From contig SIAN01000023.1 of NCBI GenBank assembly GCA_009691715.1, positions 3,059 to 67,058 of the forward strand: a stretch of 64,000 nt of DNA, written 5' to 3'. This DNA is from Planctomycetota bacterium (lineage in GTDB: Bacteria > Planctomycetota > B15-G4 > SIAN01). Made by a program: the position numbers and the translations under genes. Shown piece by piece: positions 20,687-30,311 of the stretch (position 1 is its first letter; the number at the start of each line of letters is the position of its first letter). The notes below the pieces were generated by a model. The model saw only the letters and a list, made by a program, of their open reading frames with translations, did not search any database and was not told where the DNA came from.

Positions 20687-23469
20687 TGGCGCGCCCAGGC
20701 AAGGAACAGACCTTCTTCTTCGCCAGCATCGGCCTCACCGGCCTGCTGGCAACGTTGCTGCTGACAGAAGAGTTCAAGACGCTGCCGATCCCCGCCGGCA
20801 AGGCGTTCAACCGCGACCTGCTCGACGCGCGCGGCGTGCCGACGGCCCCGCGCGGCGCCTTGCACGACCGCAGTTTCGCGCGCGACGGGCGCGAGGCATT
20901 CCGCGAGCCGCGCGACTGGCTGCCGCTGCCGGCGGTCAACCTCGAACGGCCGCCGCTGCGCGACCCGGCCTATGTGCCGCCGCCGACGCTGCCCGCGGCG
21001 AGCCTGTCGCGTCTAGGGATCTATCGGCAGGCGACGAACGTGACGGCGCACGAGTTCGCGGGCGAAGGCGCCAACGCCGCCGGCGATGGCGCGGCGGAGG
21101 AGGAAGCGCGTGCGCCGGCATCGGCGGCGGCTGCCAGTGCGGCGCCGGGCGCGAATAGCAGCGCCGCGAATGGCGCCGCGAGCGGAAGCAGGTCGCCAAG
21201 TGCTTCCGGCGCGGGGCAGGGTGGCGCGCCGCTGCTATCGCGCGACGAAGAGTTCCAGAAGAAGTACGACTGGCTTGACCTCGCGCTCGACGCGAAGCCG
21301 TGGTACGTCGTCATCAAGAACGCCGACAAGTTCGGGCTGCTCGACGGCACCGCGACGGAGATCGAGTTCACCCGGATCAACCCGGTGACGGGCCGCGTGA
21401 TGATCGGCGGCAAGCTGCCGTTCGAACGGCTGAAGCCCGGCGGGATTCACTTCGCCGAGACGCCGTTCAATCGCGCCGAACTGAAGCTGCGCGAGGTGCG
21501 TGAATCGCAGTGGGGTCCGACGACGTTGCCGCACCTGCTCGACGCGGCGGCGGCGGCGATCGCGCTCGGGATCGGCGATCCAGCGTGCTACCGCTCCGCC
21601 ATCGCCAGGCTCGAGAAGTGGCTCACGATCGATCTGAAGCAGGCGCGCACGTACGAACTGCTCGCCGACGCCAAGGCGGCGTTGCTCGATTTCGAGGGCG
21701 AGTTGCTGATGCTGCGGCGGGCCGAGGCGGCCGGAGTCGAAGGCGCCGGACTCGCAGTGCGGCACGCCCGTTGGCTGGCGCGAGTGGGGGCGCGCGCCGG
21801 AGCGCTCGCGCGGTTGGCGGCGACCGTGCAACGCTTCCCGACCGATCGCGACGCGCATCTGGCCTACGGCCGCGCGCTGCTCGACGAAGGCTCGCCGGCG
21901 AGCGTCGACCTCGCGGTGCAGCGGTTCGCGCAGGCGGAGCAGGCGTCGAACTCGATGGAGCAGCGCATCGAGGTGATCGCGGAGACGGTCAGCGCGCTGC
22001 TCGAACGCGGCGATGCGGCGCGCGCTCTCGACGAAAGCAAACGGATCCTCAAGATCGATCCGCAGTCGGTCGTGGGCCTGCGATTGCAGGGGGCGACCGA
22101 GTTCGCGCTCGGCCTCCTGACCGAGGCCGAAGCCGACTTCGGGCGGATGGCGGGCGCCGCTCGCAACGTCGGCGAAGAGGGCGAGGCACTGCTGTCGCTC
22201 GGTGTCGTGCGCACGCGGATCGGCACGTTCGACTTGGCGCGAGACGATCTTGCGCGGGCGCCGCAACGCGATCCGCTCTTGGCCGGCGCGGCGGCGGTGG
22301 CGGAGGCGGAGCTGCTTGCCGTCACTGGGCACCTTGATCAGGCCGTGACGCGCGCTCGCGATGCTTTCGCCCGCGCGCCCGACGACGCCTTCGTCGGTTA
22401 TTTCCTCGGCCGTCTGCTCCGACAGTCAGGCGATCTGGAGGGCGCCCGCGCCGAGCTGCGTCGGGCGCTCGACCTCGGCGCCGGCTTCCCCGACCTGTTC
22501 AACGAGCTCGGCTTCGTCGCGTTGTCGCAAGGTGTCGCCGATGATGCGCGGCGCTACTTCATCGAGTCGCTGGCGCGCGAGGAGCGCGACGAAACGCGGC
22601 TGCTGCTGGCGCATGCGCACCTGCTGGCCGGCGACTTGGCGCGCGCGCGGTCGCTGTTCGAGCAGCTCCAGTCGAAGAAGACCACCAGCGAGTCGCTGCT
22701 CGGCCAGGCGTTCTGCGCCTACCGTTCCGGCGACAGCGCCACCGCGCAGCAAGGTTGGCTGCAGGTGCGCGACGAGCTGAAGGGCGCGCCGACGGAAGAC
22801 GTCGCCTACGCGACCAAGTGGTTGGCGGCGGTACAGGACCTCGAGAGCAAGCAGGTCTGGGACGACGCGCTGCAGTGGAGCGAGGTCGGCAATGGCTGGG
22901 ATGCGACCACGAGCTTCGGGCCCGAGCTCAAGTCGACACCGCCGGGCAACGTGCGCATCTCTGGGACGCAGAAAGCGCCCGCCGACGTCGGCAACTGGAC
23001 CATTTTGAAGCGCGAGGTCGAGCTGTCGCTCTACCACGAGTTCGAGGTCGAGTGCTCGTTCGCGCCGGAGCACAAGGGGCGGATGGGGATGGGGCTGGTG
23101 CACTACCAGCCGGGAGCCGCCGGTCAGCCGCCGCGCGTCCGCGCCGCGTTGACGATCGCGCTCGATGTCGACGGCACGGTCTGGCTGCAGCGCTGCGAGC
23201 ACCCGGGCGACGAGGAGTTCAAGAAGATCGGCACGCACACCGTGAAGCCGGGCGACACGGCACGAATCACGCTGCGGCGGAGCGAGCGCGGGAACGAGAA
23301 GTTCCAGTTCCTGCTCGACGGCGCGCCGATCACCGAGGTGGTCGAGATGGCGCCGTGGAAGGGGCGCACGCGGCAGGGCGTCGCGGCGCTTTTCTTCGGC
23401 TCGGCACCAGCGGGCAAGACGTGCGACTTGAAGCTCGAACGGGCGCGGCGCATCGAGTTCTTGCCGTGA
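20683..23469 (+). CDS. TM-anchored TPR-repeat protein with a C-terminal lectin-like beta-sandwich domain
   Basis: N-terminal TM FFFASIGLTGLLATLLLT. Central degenerate TPR/helical repeats (about aa 330-700). The C-terminal about 200 aa are beta-rich (ILKREVELSLYHEFEVECSF...TIALDVDGTVWLQ...FQFLLDGAPI). Start GTG 20683 or ATG 20686 overlaps the upstream stop. Confidence 0.8.
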   Translation: MMARPGKEQTFFFASIGLTGLLATLLLTEEFKTLPIPAGKAFNRDLLDARGVPTAPRGALHDRSFARDGREAFREPRDWLPLPAVNLERPPLRDPAYVPPPTLPAASLSRLGIYRQATNVTAHEFAGEGANAAGDGAAEEEARAPASAAAASAAPGANSSAANGAASGSRSPSASGAGQGGAPLLSRDEEFQKKYDWLDLALDAKPWYVVIKNADKFGLLDGTATEIEFTRINPVTGRVMIGGKLPFERLKPGGIHFAETPFNRAELKLREVRESQWGPTTLPHLLDAAAAAIALGIGDPACYRSAIARLEKWLTIDLKQARTYELLADAKAALLDFEGELLMLRRAEAAGVEGAGLAVRHARWLARVGARAGALARLAATVQRFPTDRDAHLAYGRALLDEGSPASVDLAVQRFAQAEQASNSMEQRIEVIAETVSALLERGDAARALDESKRILKIDPQSVVGLRLQGATEFALGLLTEAEADFGRMAGAARNVGEEGEALLSLGVVRTRIGTFDLARDDLARAPQRDPLLAGAAAVAEAELLAVTGHLDQAVTRARDAFARAPDDAFVGYFLGRLLRQSGDLEGARAELRRALDLGAGFPDLFNELGFVALSQGVADDARRYFIESLAREERDETRLLLAHAHLLAGDLARARSLFEQLQSKKTTSESLLGQAFCAYRSGDSATAQQGWLQVRDELKGAPTEDVAYATKWLAAVQDLESKQVWDDALQWSEVGNGWDATTSFGPELKSTPPGNVRISGTQKAPADVGNWTILKREVELSLYHEFEVECSFAPEHKGRMGMGLVHYQPGAAGQPPRVRAALTIALDVDGTVWLQRCEHPGDEEFKKIGTHTVKPGDTARITLRRSERGNEKFQFLLDGAPITEVVEMAPWKGRTRQGVAALFFGSAPAGKTCDLKLERARRIEFLP

Positions 23470-23489
23470 GCGGAGTTCCTGCCGTGCAA

Positions 23490-24137
23490 ATGAACTCCAA
23501 ACAGCTGAATGCCGGGGCGGTGCGCGACCGCCGAGCCGGCTTCACGCTGGTCGAGATCCTGGCCGTCCTCGCGATCCTGTCGCTGCTGATGGCCCTGTCG
23601 GTCGTCGGGTTCCAGAAGTTCAAGGAGCGGGGTTACGTCACCAAGACCCACTCGACGATGGCGGAGCTTCGAATGAAGATCACCAACTACGAGTCGAAGT
23701 TCGGAGCTCCGCCGCCCGACACGCTGGCGGCGCTGAAGGTGCGCGCCGACAACGACCTGAACGAAGGCGCCGAGGCGCTGTTCGCCGCGCTCCATCTGAA
23801 GGGCTTCCCGGAAGGCGACAACGTCGAGGAGGAGTCGCTCGGCAACAGCGACGAGGACTCGACGGCGACGCCCTATCACCGCGACGCGGGTGTGAGTCAG
23901 TTGCTCGAAGTGATGGATGGTTGGGGCAATCCGATTGCCTACTTCGCGCCGTCCGGTTACGGCAAGGAACAGCGCTACCTCATGAGCGAGCCGGCGGATC
24001 CCAACGACCCCGAGCAGCGCGTCTCCGCGCAGAAGTCGACCAAGACCGGTGCCTTCGCCAACGCCGACACCTTCCAACTGATCTCCGCGGGAACCGACGG
24101 GCTATTCGGGACCGATGACGATGAGACGAACTTCTGA
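23490..24137 (+). CDS. GspG/PulG-like major pseudopilin
   Basis: Class III signal RRAG|FTLVEILAVLAILSLLMAL (Glu+5). C-terminal hallmarks DGWGNPIAYF and LISAGTDGLFGTDDDETNF. Confidence 0.88.
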   Translation: MNSKQLNAGAVRDRRAGFTLVEILAVLAILSLLMALSVVGFQKFKERGYVTKTHSTMAELRMKITNYESKFGAPPPDTLAALKVRADNDLNEGAEALFAALHLKGFPEGDNVEEESLGNSDEDSTATPYHRDAGVSQLLEVMDGWGNPIAYFAPSGYGKEQRYLMSEPADPNDPEQRVSAQKSTKTGAFANADTFQLISAGTDGLFGTDDDETNF

Positions 24138-25215
24138 GCGGATTGCGGCCGGATGCAGCGCTCGACCACGCGCGACGCGCGCCGGCCGAGGCGGGTTCAC
24201 GTTGATCGAGATGCTGGTCGTGATGTCGATCCTGGGCGTGCTGATGGGTCTGTCAGTCGCAGCGTTCCAGCGCAGCGTCCCGCGCCGTGATCTTGCGCGT
24301 CGCGCCGTCCTCGACGCGTTGCGTCAGGCGCGACTGTTCGCCATCGCCGAGAACGCGCCCGCAACCGTCCGGCTCGATCCCGGCAACGAGGTCGATTCGA
24401 GCAGCGCGAACGCGTGGCCGACGGTCGGTGCGCTCGGCCGCAAGACGGTCGGCTGCTGGCACCTCGAAGGGACCGATCTTGCGGGCTGGCCGAACGATCT
24501 GCGTGCCGCCGGAGCGGAGGAGGAGGCGCGCGGCGCCTTCGGCCACGCGCTGCTCCTCAGCGCCGACGAACCGTCGTGGCTCGAAGCACCGATCGTGCCG
24601 GCGTTCGAGTCGATGAACGGCTTCGCCCTCGAATGCTTCCTCAAGTGCGACCGCCTGCGCAGCCAGCTCCTGTTCAGCAAGGGCCGCGCGATCGCGCTGC
24701 GGCAGGAGAGCGGTGGGGCGCTGACGTTGCAGGTGCAAGTCGAAGGGCGCGACGACGACGGCGAGCCCAAGGCGACCTACCAGAGCGTCAGCTCGCCGAC
24801 CGGCGTGGTGCCGGCCGGACGCTGGTTCAAGCTGGCGGCCACGTTCGACGGGTTGCAGTTGCGCCTCGCGGTCGACGACGCGGTCGTCGCCGAGTTGGCG
24901 CTGCAGCAGCGGATGGCGTTCCTCACCGATGCCGGGGTCGCGCTGCTCATCGGCGCCTATGACGAAGCGGCCGGGATCTCCGTCGACGAGTTCAAGTGGG
25001 GCATTTTCACCGGGGACACGCACGAGCTGCGCGACATGGAGCTCGGGCCGGTGGAGTCAGGCGCCCGATTCGTGCGCTTCGGTCCCGACGGCGCGCTCGA
25101 TCCCCGTTTCCATCAGGCGCCGGTCAACCTGCTGTTGCTCACGCCGACAAGCGATCCCGAAAAGAAGCCGATCGAGACGTGGGTGCGCGTGGGGCTGCTC
25201 GGAGACGTGCAATGA
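24115..25215 (+). CDS. Prepilin-type protein (GspH-like N-terminus) fused to a LamG/concanavalin-like domain
   Basis: GRGG|FTLIEMLVVMSILGVLMGL. LamG-like segment FALECFLKCDRLRSQLLFSKG...LTLQVQVEG...GRWFKLAATFDGLQLRLAVDD. Overlaps the upstream gene by 23 nt and the downstream gene by ATGA. Confidence 0.82.
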   Translation: MTMRRTSERIAAGCSARPRATRAGRGGFTLIEMLVVMSILGVLMGLSVAAFQRSVPRRDLARRAVLDALRQARLFAIAENAPATVRLDPGNEVDSSSANAWPTVGALGRKTVGCWHLEGTDLAGWPNDLRAAGAEEEARGAFGHALLLSADEPSWLEAPIVPAFESMNGFALECFLKCDRLRSQLLFSKGRAIALRQESGGALTLQVQVEGRDDDGEPKATYQSVSSPTGVVPAGRWFKLAATFDGLQLRLAVDDAVVAELALQQRMAFLTDAGVALLIGAYDEAAGISVDEFKWGIFTGDTHELRDMELGPVESGARFVRFGPDGALDPRFHQAPVNLLLLTPTSDPEKKPIETWVRVGLLGDVQ

Positions 25216-28200
25216 AGACCCGTGGCGTCGCCTTGCCGCTGGTGCTGGCGGTGCTGGTCTGTCTGGTCGCGGTAGCGATTCCGTTCGCGTTGTCGATGCA
25301 GCACGAGCAGGGTGGCGTCGCCTACCGGACGCACGAAGACGAGGCGCGGCGCGCGGCGATGGCGGTGCGCGACATGGCGCTGGCGCATCTCGGTGCCACA
25401 GCGCCCGACCGTGACGACACGCCCTGGGTCGATTCACTGGCCGAGCTCGACGTCGATGTCGCGGCACGCGCCGATGACCTCGCAATCCTGAATTTGGGGC
25501 CGCGCGGACGGCTGCTGTCGGCGAGCGTCGAGGATCAGTCGGGGCGAGTCGACATCAACTGCTCGAACCTCTTCCTCACCGCGCGCCTGCTCGGCATGGC
25601 GACGACGCTGTCGTCGAAACTGACTCCCGACGACAAGCAGTTCCGGCTGTCGGATGGCGACTTCCTCGCCGACTCCGGCTTCCTCTGGATCGACGGCGAG
25701 GTCACCTACTACCAGCGCCGGGAAGGCAGCACGATCCACGACTTCCAGCGGCCGGCGATCGTGCCGGGCGTCTGGGAACCGCCGCTCCTCCCGACGGAGC
25801 CGAGGGAGTTCGCGGCCGGCACACAGGTGATCGACTTCCGGGCCTGGATGGTGGCGGCCTGGCCGTGGAAGGCGCAGGCCGGCATCGAGTCGCGCTTCGA
25901 GTCGATCACCCATCCGCTCGCGATCGCCAACTTCGGCCGCGGCGCGCTCGGGCCGGCGGAACGTGCGCGGCTCGAGCAGTTCGCCACGATTTGGTCCGCG
26001 GATGGCGGGCGCGATCGGTTCGGCAACGCGCAGCGGATCCTCACCTCGATCATCGCCGGCGAGACCCAGCAGATTCGCATCGAGCAGGGGCAGTTCGTCG
26101 GCGCTGGCATGCTGGCGCGGATCACGACGTTCGGCGGTCGCGAGGTCGAGTACGGCTTCGTGCTGCGCAGCCAGGAGCGGGGCGAGTTCGCGGAACTGAC
26201 ATTCGAGATGGCGCCGCGCATCAGCGTGGATGCCGGGCAGGCGAAGGTCGAGTTCCTGCTGCCGCGTCCGGTGAACGTCAACAGTTGCACGCGTGAGACG
26301 CTGGCCCTGCTGCTCGAAGGGCTGCAGATGCGCGGCGGCGGCAAGTCGGTCAATCGCGACACGGCGGAGCTGGTCGCGGCGCGGATCGTGCAGGCGCGTC
26401 CGCTCGATGGGATGCGGAGCCTGATCGTCCTGCTTGATGAAATGGTGGAGCGGGAGAAGGTCCTCGATGGCGCGCACCGCGTCGCGATCCTCAGGAACGC
26501 CGAACACTCCGGCTGCTACGACCTCGAATTCGGCACCGCGCCGTTTTGCTACGCCACCGACGGTGTCGTCGACGTGCGCGCCGCCGCCAGCTTGAACTGG
26601 GAGAACGGTCGCGAGCAGGCGCGTGCGCTAGTGCGCGAAGTCGTCGCGACTGCCGCTGCCGGAGTCGGCGCGCGGATCGCGAAGACGCAGCGTGATTTCG
26701 ACGAGCCGTGGCGCATCAGCCGGCTCGCGCGCGGGTGGACCACGTTTCCGGAGAACCTCAACTTTTGGTCCGGTGGCATCGGGTCGGCCGATCCGCCGAG
26801 CCGGCTGATCGCGATGGCGTCGCCGCGGCTCCGGTTTCCGATCGAGGAGATGAGGGACTCCGCCGTGCGACTCGCGCCGGCGTGGTACGACCTCGAGGCG
26901 ATGCCGGCCGACCGCACCTGGCACTTCGACGGCCGGCGCGACGACTTCGAGTCGGACGATCCCGACGGCTGGCGCCTCTCCGACGGGCCGATCGCGCTGA
27001 ACACCAACGGCAACAGTCCCGGCGTCGCGATGACGCAGAACCTCTCCGGCATCGAACGGCCGAAGCCCTTCGGCATCTCGATGTGGTGGAACCCGGGCAC
27101 CAACCTGACGATCGAGCAGACGCTGTTCGACTGGCAGTGCAACTCCGCGGTGGCGGTCTCCGGGCTTTCCGATCGCGTGCGACTGCGAATGGTTGCCGCC
27201 AAGCTCGAACTCGAGGTGGACGATGCGTTCTTGCGCGCGTCGGAGGACGATCTCTACACCGCGAAGATCGTCTACGACTTCACCGATGGCTTGCCGCTCG
27301 AAGGCGACACCTGGTACCACGTGACGGCGTTCTGCCGCGGCAATCGCGCCGGCCAGATGAGCCTCTGGGTCGACGGCAAGCCGCGCGGCAAGTACAGCCA
27401 CTACGCGCGCACCACCGGTGCCTTCACCGCCAGCGCGCAGGGGGCGAACCGGATCGCGATCGACCCGAAGCGCCTCGCCAACGGCACGGCAAAGTTCCCG
27501 CCGCGCGGCGCGGTGCGGATCAACAACGACGTCTTCGAGTACTCGTCGGTGAACGCGTCGAACTTCACCGTGCAATACGACCAGGACAACCGCTTCGGCG
27601 GCATCCGGCCGGCGCCCCCGCTGCAACTGCAGTCGGCCGCGACCAGCGCCGGGACGCAGGCGACCTCATCGACCAATCATCCGGCGACCAGCGGTGTCGA
27701 ACTCTACGGGTACGCCGCGCGACTCGACTCCGACCTGCCGGCCGGCGAGGTCACGCTCGACAGCAACGGCCTCGGCGAGTTCGGCGTGGCGATGGTGTCG
27801 CCGGCGATGGGGCAGGCGAACATCGAGGTGGCAGTCACGAACCCGGGACCGCCTCCGCTCGGCGGCAACAACCCGAGCATCACGCTCGGGCGCGGTTTCG
27901 ATTCCGACGCGACCACGATCCTGGTGTCGGCGCTCGATGGCGGGAAACTGCCCAGCAGCAAGCCGCCGCTCAGCAGGAACGGCGGGTACGCCGCGCTGGT
28001 CGGCTACTACTTCGGCACGCTCACGCCGAACGACCCGACCAGCCGCGATGAGGGCGGCACGCTCGAGTCGACCCAATCGACGACGGGCAGTTGGATCCAG
28101 GGCGTCGAGATCATTCACTACGGGGCGTTCGACGGCGCGCAGTTGACCAAGGTGGTGCGCGGCCAGTCGCTCAAGTCGGCGGAGATCAAGTCGACCGATC

Positions 28201-30311
28201 TGGCCGAGTACGACGACCAAGCGGTCCCGTCGGGCGGCGGGATCAACACGATCTACCACTTCACCGACAAGCACGCGTGGGTCGTGGTCCCCGACAAGCA
28301 GACCTTCGCCGCCTACACGGCGCCGTTCTTCACCATCCTGGTGGTGCCGCTCAGCGTGATCGTGTCCGGCAGCCCGAAGCTCGCGCTGTTGGTGCCGGAG
28401 CAGCAGAATCCCGGCTTCGATCGCTGCGAGATGGCGCAGATCGGCTCGCCGACTTCCCACGGCGTGTTCGATCCGACCGAGTGGATCCGCTACGACGCGA
28501 TCGTGCAGGATCAGAACGGGCGGTGGAACCTGCTGCGTGCCGACCCGAAGCGCCTCGGCGCGGCCGAGTCGTTCGCGTCGTCGACGCGGCGACCCTCCGG
28601 CCAATCCAACGCCTTCGACGGCAACGGCGCCGCCGACTACCTCCTCGCCATCGCCTCCAACCCGTTGAGCTACGCGATGAGCAGCGCCGCCTACGAGGAC
28701 TTCGTCGAGGCGCTGAATCAGGAGAGCCTCTACGGCGGCGATCCGGACAACAACAGTGGCGGGCATCGACTCGCCTTCCGCGGCGTGCTCGACACCGGCT
28801 ACAAGGACAAGGAGCACGAAGGCGGCGAGTCGATCTACCCGGTCTGGCGCACCTCGCGCACCGGACCCAAGCCGGGCCGCTACGACGAGATCACCATCGT
28901 CGGCAGCAACCGCGAGCCGCCCGAGCGCCACTTCCTCAACTACGCCTGGTGCAACGACAGCGCCGAGGACTGGAGCGGTTCGTGCCACTGCGCGCTGTTG
29001 GCGGAAGGGGCGGGCACGAAGTTCGTCCGCACCCAGAATCTCGGCGTGCAGGCGACCAGCGCCACCAACGTCGCGGCCAACATCGCCTGGTACGGTGACT
29101 CGCGGAACTTCGCCCGCATCCTCAAGTTCCCGTCGGGCGAACTGCCGAGCCTCGCCGATCCGGGCAGTCAGATCACCATCGGCGGCAGCCTTGGCGGGAC
29201 CGGTGGAGCGGGCGCCGCGGGTGGCGCCGGTGAAGGTGCCAAGATCGACGAAGTGCGCGTGTTCGCGACCGACGATCCGCAGCCGATCATGTCGCACGGC
29301 CTGCACGTGCTGAACCGTGAATTGACCGCGACCGAGCAGGACCGCTTCGAGATCGGCGACGATCTCCTACGCTTCCCGCACCAGACCTCCGGCAGCATCG
29401 GCGCGACGCCGAACCTGCACGGCGACGCCTCGGTCTGGCAGATCGGCGACGAGTTCATCGTCTGCGGCGAACGGCAGATGGGACAACCAGTGGTGCAGGA
29501 AATCGCGCCGGATGGTCGGATCAAGTTCTCCGGCACCGACGACTTCTACGTCGCCGGCTACCACGCGCAGGGCGAGATGCTGCAGGTGCTGCCGTGGCTG
29601 GTGATGACCCGACTTGCGGCAGGCATGTCGAGCGGCGACTCGGAGATCGCGCTCAACGACCCGGCGGGGTTTCCGCCGAAGGGCTGCGTGATGATCGATC
29701 AGGAGGTACTCGCCTACACCTCGCGGCAGTTCGGCGGCGGTGGCGGCAGCGGGCAGGCGCTCTATGTGCCGACGTTCCTCGCCGACCCCGACGGCCGCTC
29801 AAGCCAGTCGCGCGGGGAAGCGGCGTTCCGCGGCCGTTTCGGCACGCCAGTGATGACCCACTCGGCCGACGCCGTCGTTTTCTTCTGGAACTACCGCTAC
29901 GCCGACGGCTACCACGAGCGCTGCGACATCCCCGAGATGGCGACGCTGGAGATGCCGTTCGCCGCGCGCCGCGGCCTGTTCCACGCGCTGTCGTGGATCG
30001 AGCAGAAGAGCGACCCGTTGGTGAAGCTGATCGCCACCGTGCGCGTGCAGGGACAAGGCGGATTCACCGGCGATCCCGAAGACGATCCCGACCTGTTCGT
30101 GTTCGACCAGCCGGGGACGCGCGAGCGGCCGAACCGGATCGACCGCCAAGGCGACCTGCTGCGCGTCCGCTTCAACGTCGACTACCTCGACGGCGCGCTC
30201 GATTCGGTCGACTTCACCAAGAACTCGTGGAAGCGCGCGCCGCTGATCGAAATCGTGAGCGTCGAGCAACTCGCCGGCCGCGTGGTCGAACTGCACGAGG
30301 AGTCGCGCTGA
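25212..30311 (+). CDS. Giant (1699 aa) GspK-like minor pseudopilin with a large C-terminal extension containing a LamG-like domain
   Basis: N-terminus MKTRGVALPLVLAVLVCLVAVAI (GspK-type RGxAL, no Glu+5). VEDQSGRVDINCSNL (GspK DExGkiNiN motif). PVNVNSCTRETLALLLEGL...TAELVAARIVQARPLDGMRSL (HhH/SAM-like). LamG-like FGISMWWNPG...TWYHVTAFCRGNRAGQMSLWVDGKPRG. Real start is ATG 25212 (ATGA overlap), not ORF-track 24996. Confidence 0.85.
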   Translation: MKTRGVALPLVLAVLVCLVAVAIPFALSMQHEQGGVAYRTHEDEARRAAMAVRDMALAHLGATAPDRDDTPWVDSLAELDVDVAARADDLAILNLGPRGRLLSASVEDQSGRVDINCSNLFLTARLLGMATTLSSKLTPDDKQFRLSDGDFLADSGFLWIDGEVTYYQRREGSTIHDFQRPAIVPGVWEPPLLPTEPREFAAGTQVIDFRAWMVAAWPWKAQAGIESRFESITHPLAIANFGRGALGPAERARLEQFATIWSADGGRDRFGNAQRILTSIIAGETQQIRIEQGQFVGAGMLARITTFGGREVEYGFVLRSQERGEFAELTFEMAPRISVDAGQAKVEFLLPRPVNVNSCTRETLALLLEGLQMRGGGKSVNRDTAELVAARIVQARPLDGMRSLIVLLDEMVEREKVLDGAHRVAILRNAEHSGCYDLEFGTAPFCYATDGVVDVRAAASLNWENGREQARALVREVVATAAAGVGARIAKTQRDFDEPWRISRLARGWTTFPENLNFWSGGIGSADPPSRLIAMASPRLRFPIEEMRDSAVRLAPAWYDLEAMPADRTWHFDGRRDDFESDDPDGWRLSDGPIALNTNGNSPGVAMTQNLSGIERPKPFGISMWWNPGTNLTIEQTLFDWQCNSAVAVSGLSDRVRLRMVAAKLELEVDDAFLRASEDDLYTAKIVYDFTDGLPLEGDTWYHVTAFCRGNRAGQMSLWVDGKPRGKYSHYARTTGAFTASAQGANRIAIDPKRLANGTAKFPPRGAVRINNDVFEYSSVNASNFTVQYDQDNRFGGIRPAPPLQLQSAATSAGTQATSSTNHPATSGVELYGYAARLDSDLPAGEVTLDSNGLGEFGVAMVSPAMGQANIEVAVTNPGPPPLGGNNPSITLGRGFDSDATTILVSALDGGKLPSSKPPLSRNGGYAALVGYYFGTLTPNDPTSRDEGGTLESTQSTTGSWIQGVEIIHYGAFDGAQLTKVVRGQSLKSAEIKSTDLAEYDDQAVPSGGGINTIYHFTDKHAWVVVPDKQTFAAYTAPFFTILVVPLSVIVSGSPKLALLVPEQQNPGFDRCEMAQIGSPTSHGVFDPTEWIRYDAIVQDQNGRWNLLRADPKRLGAAESFASSTRRPSGQSNAFDGNGAADYLLAIASNPLSYAMSSAAYEDFVEALNQESLYGGDPDNNSGGHRLAFRGVLDTGYKDKEHEGGESIYPVWRTSRTGPKPGRYDEITIVGSNREPPERHFLNYAWCNDSAEDWSGSCHCALLAEGAGTKFVRTQNLGVQATSATNVAANIAWYGDSRNFARILKFPSGELPSLADPGSQITIGGSLGGTGGAGAAGGAGEGAKIDEVRVFATDDPQPIMSHGLHVLNRELTATEQDRFEIGDDLLRFPHQTSGSIGATPNLHGDASVWQIGDEFIVCGERQMGQPVVQEIAPDGRIKFSGTDDFYVAGYHAQGEMLQVLPWLVMTRLAAGMSSGDSEIALNDPAGFPPKGCVMIDQEVLAYTSRQFGGGGGSGQALYVPTFLADPDGRSSQSRGEAAFRGRFGTPVMTHSADAVVFFWNYRYADGYHERCDIPEMATLEMPFAARRGLFHALSWIEQKSDPLVKLIATVRVQGQGGFTGDPEDDPDLFVFDQPGTRERPNRIDRQGDLLRVRFNVDYLDGALDSVDFTKNSWKRAPLIEIVSVEQLAGRVVELHEESR

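Noticed and set aside
24996-25211. N-terminal 72 codons of the ORF-track version of the giant gene. Likewise the long upstream extensions of ndk (to 40648), the YkuD gene (to 60862), atpD (to 48877), pheS (to 56964) and the GspG-like gene (to 22755).
   Set aside because: The extensions overlap the preceding genes out of frame and are Arg/Pro-rich noise. In each case a start codon with an RBS or a start/stop overlap coincides with the onset of homology.
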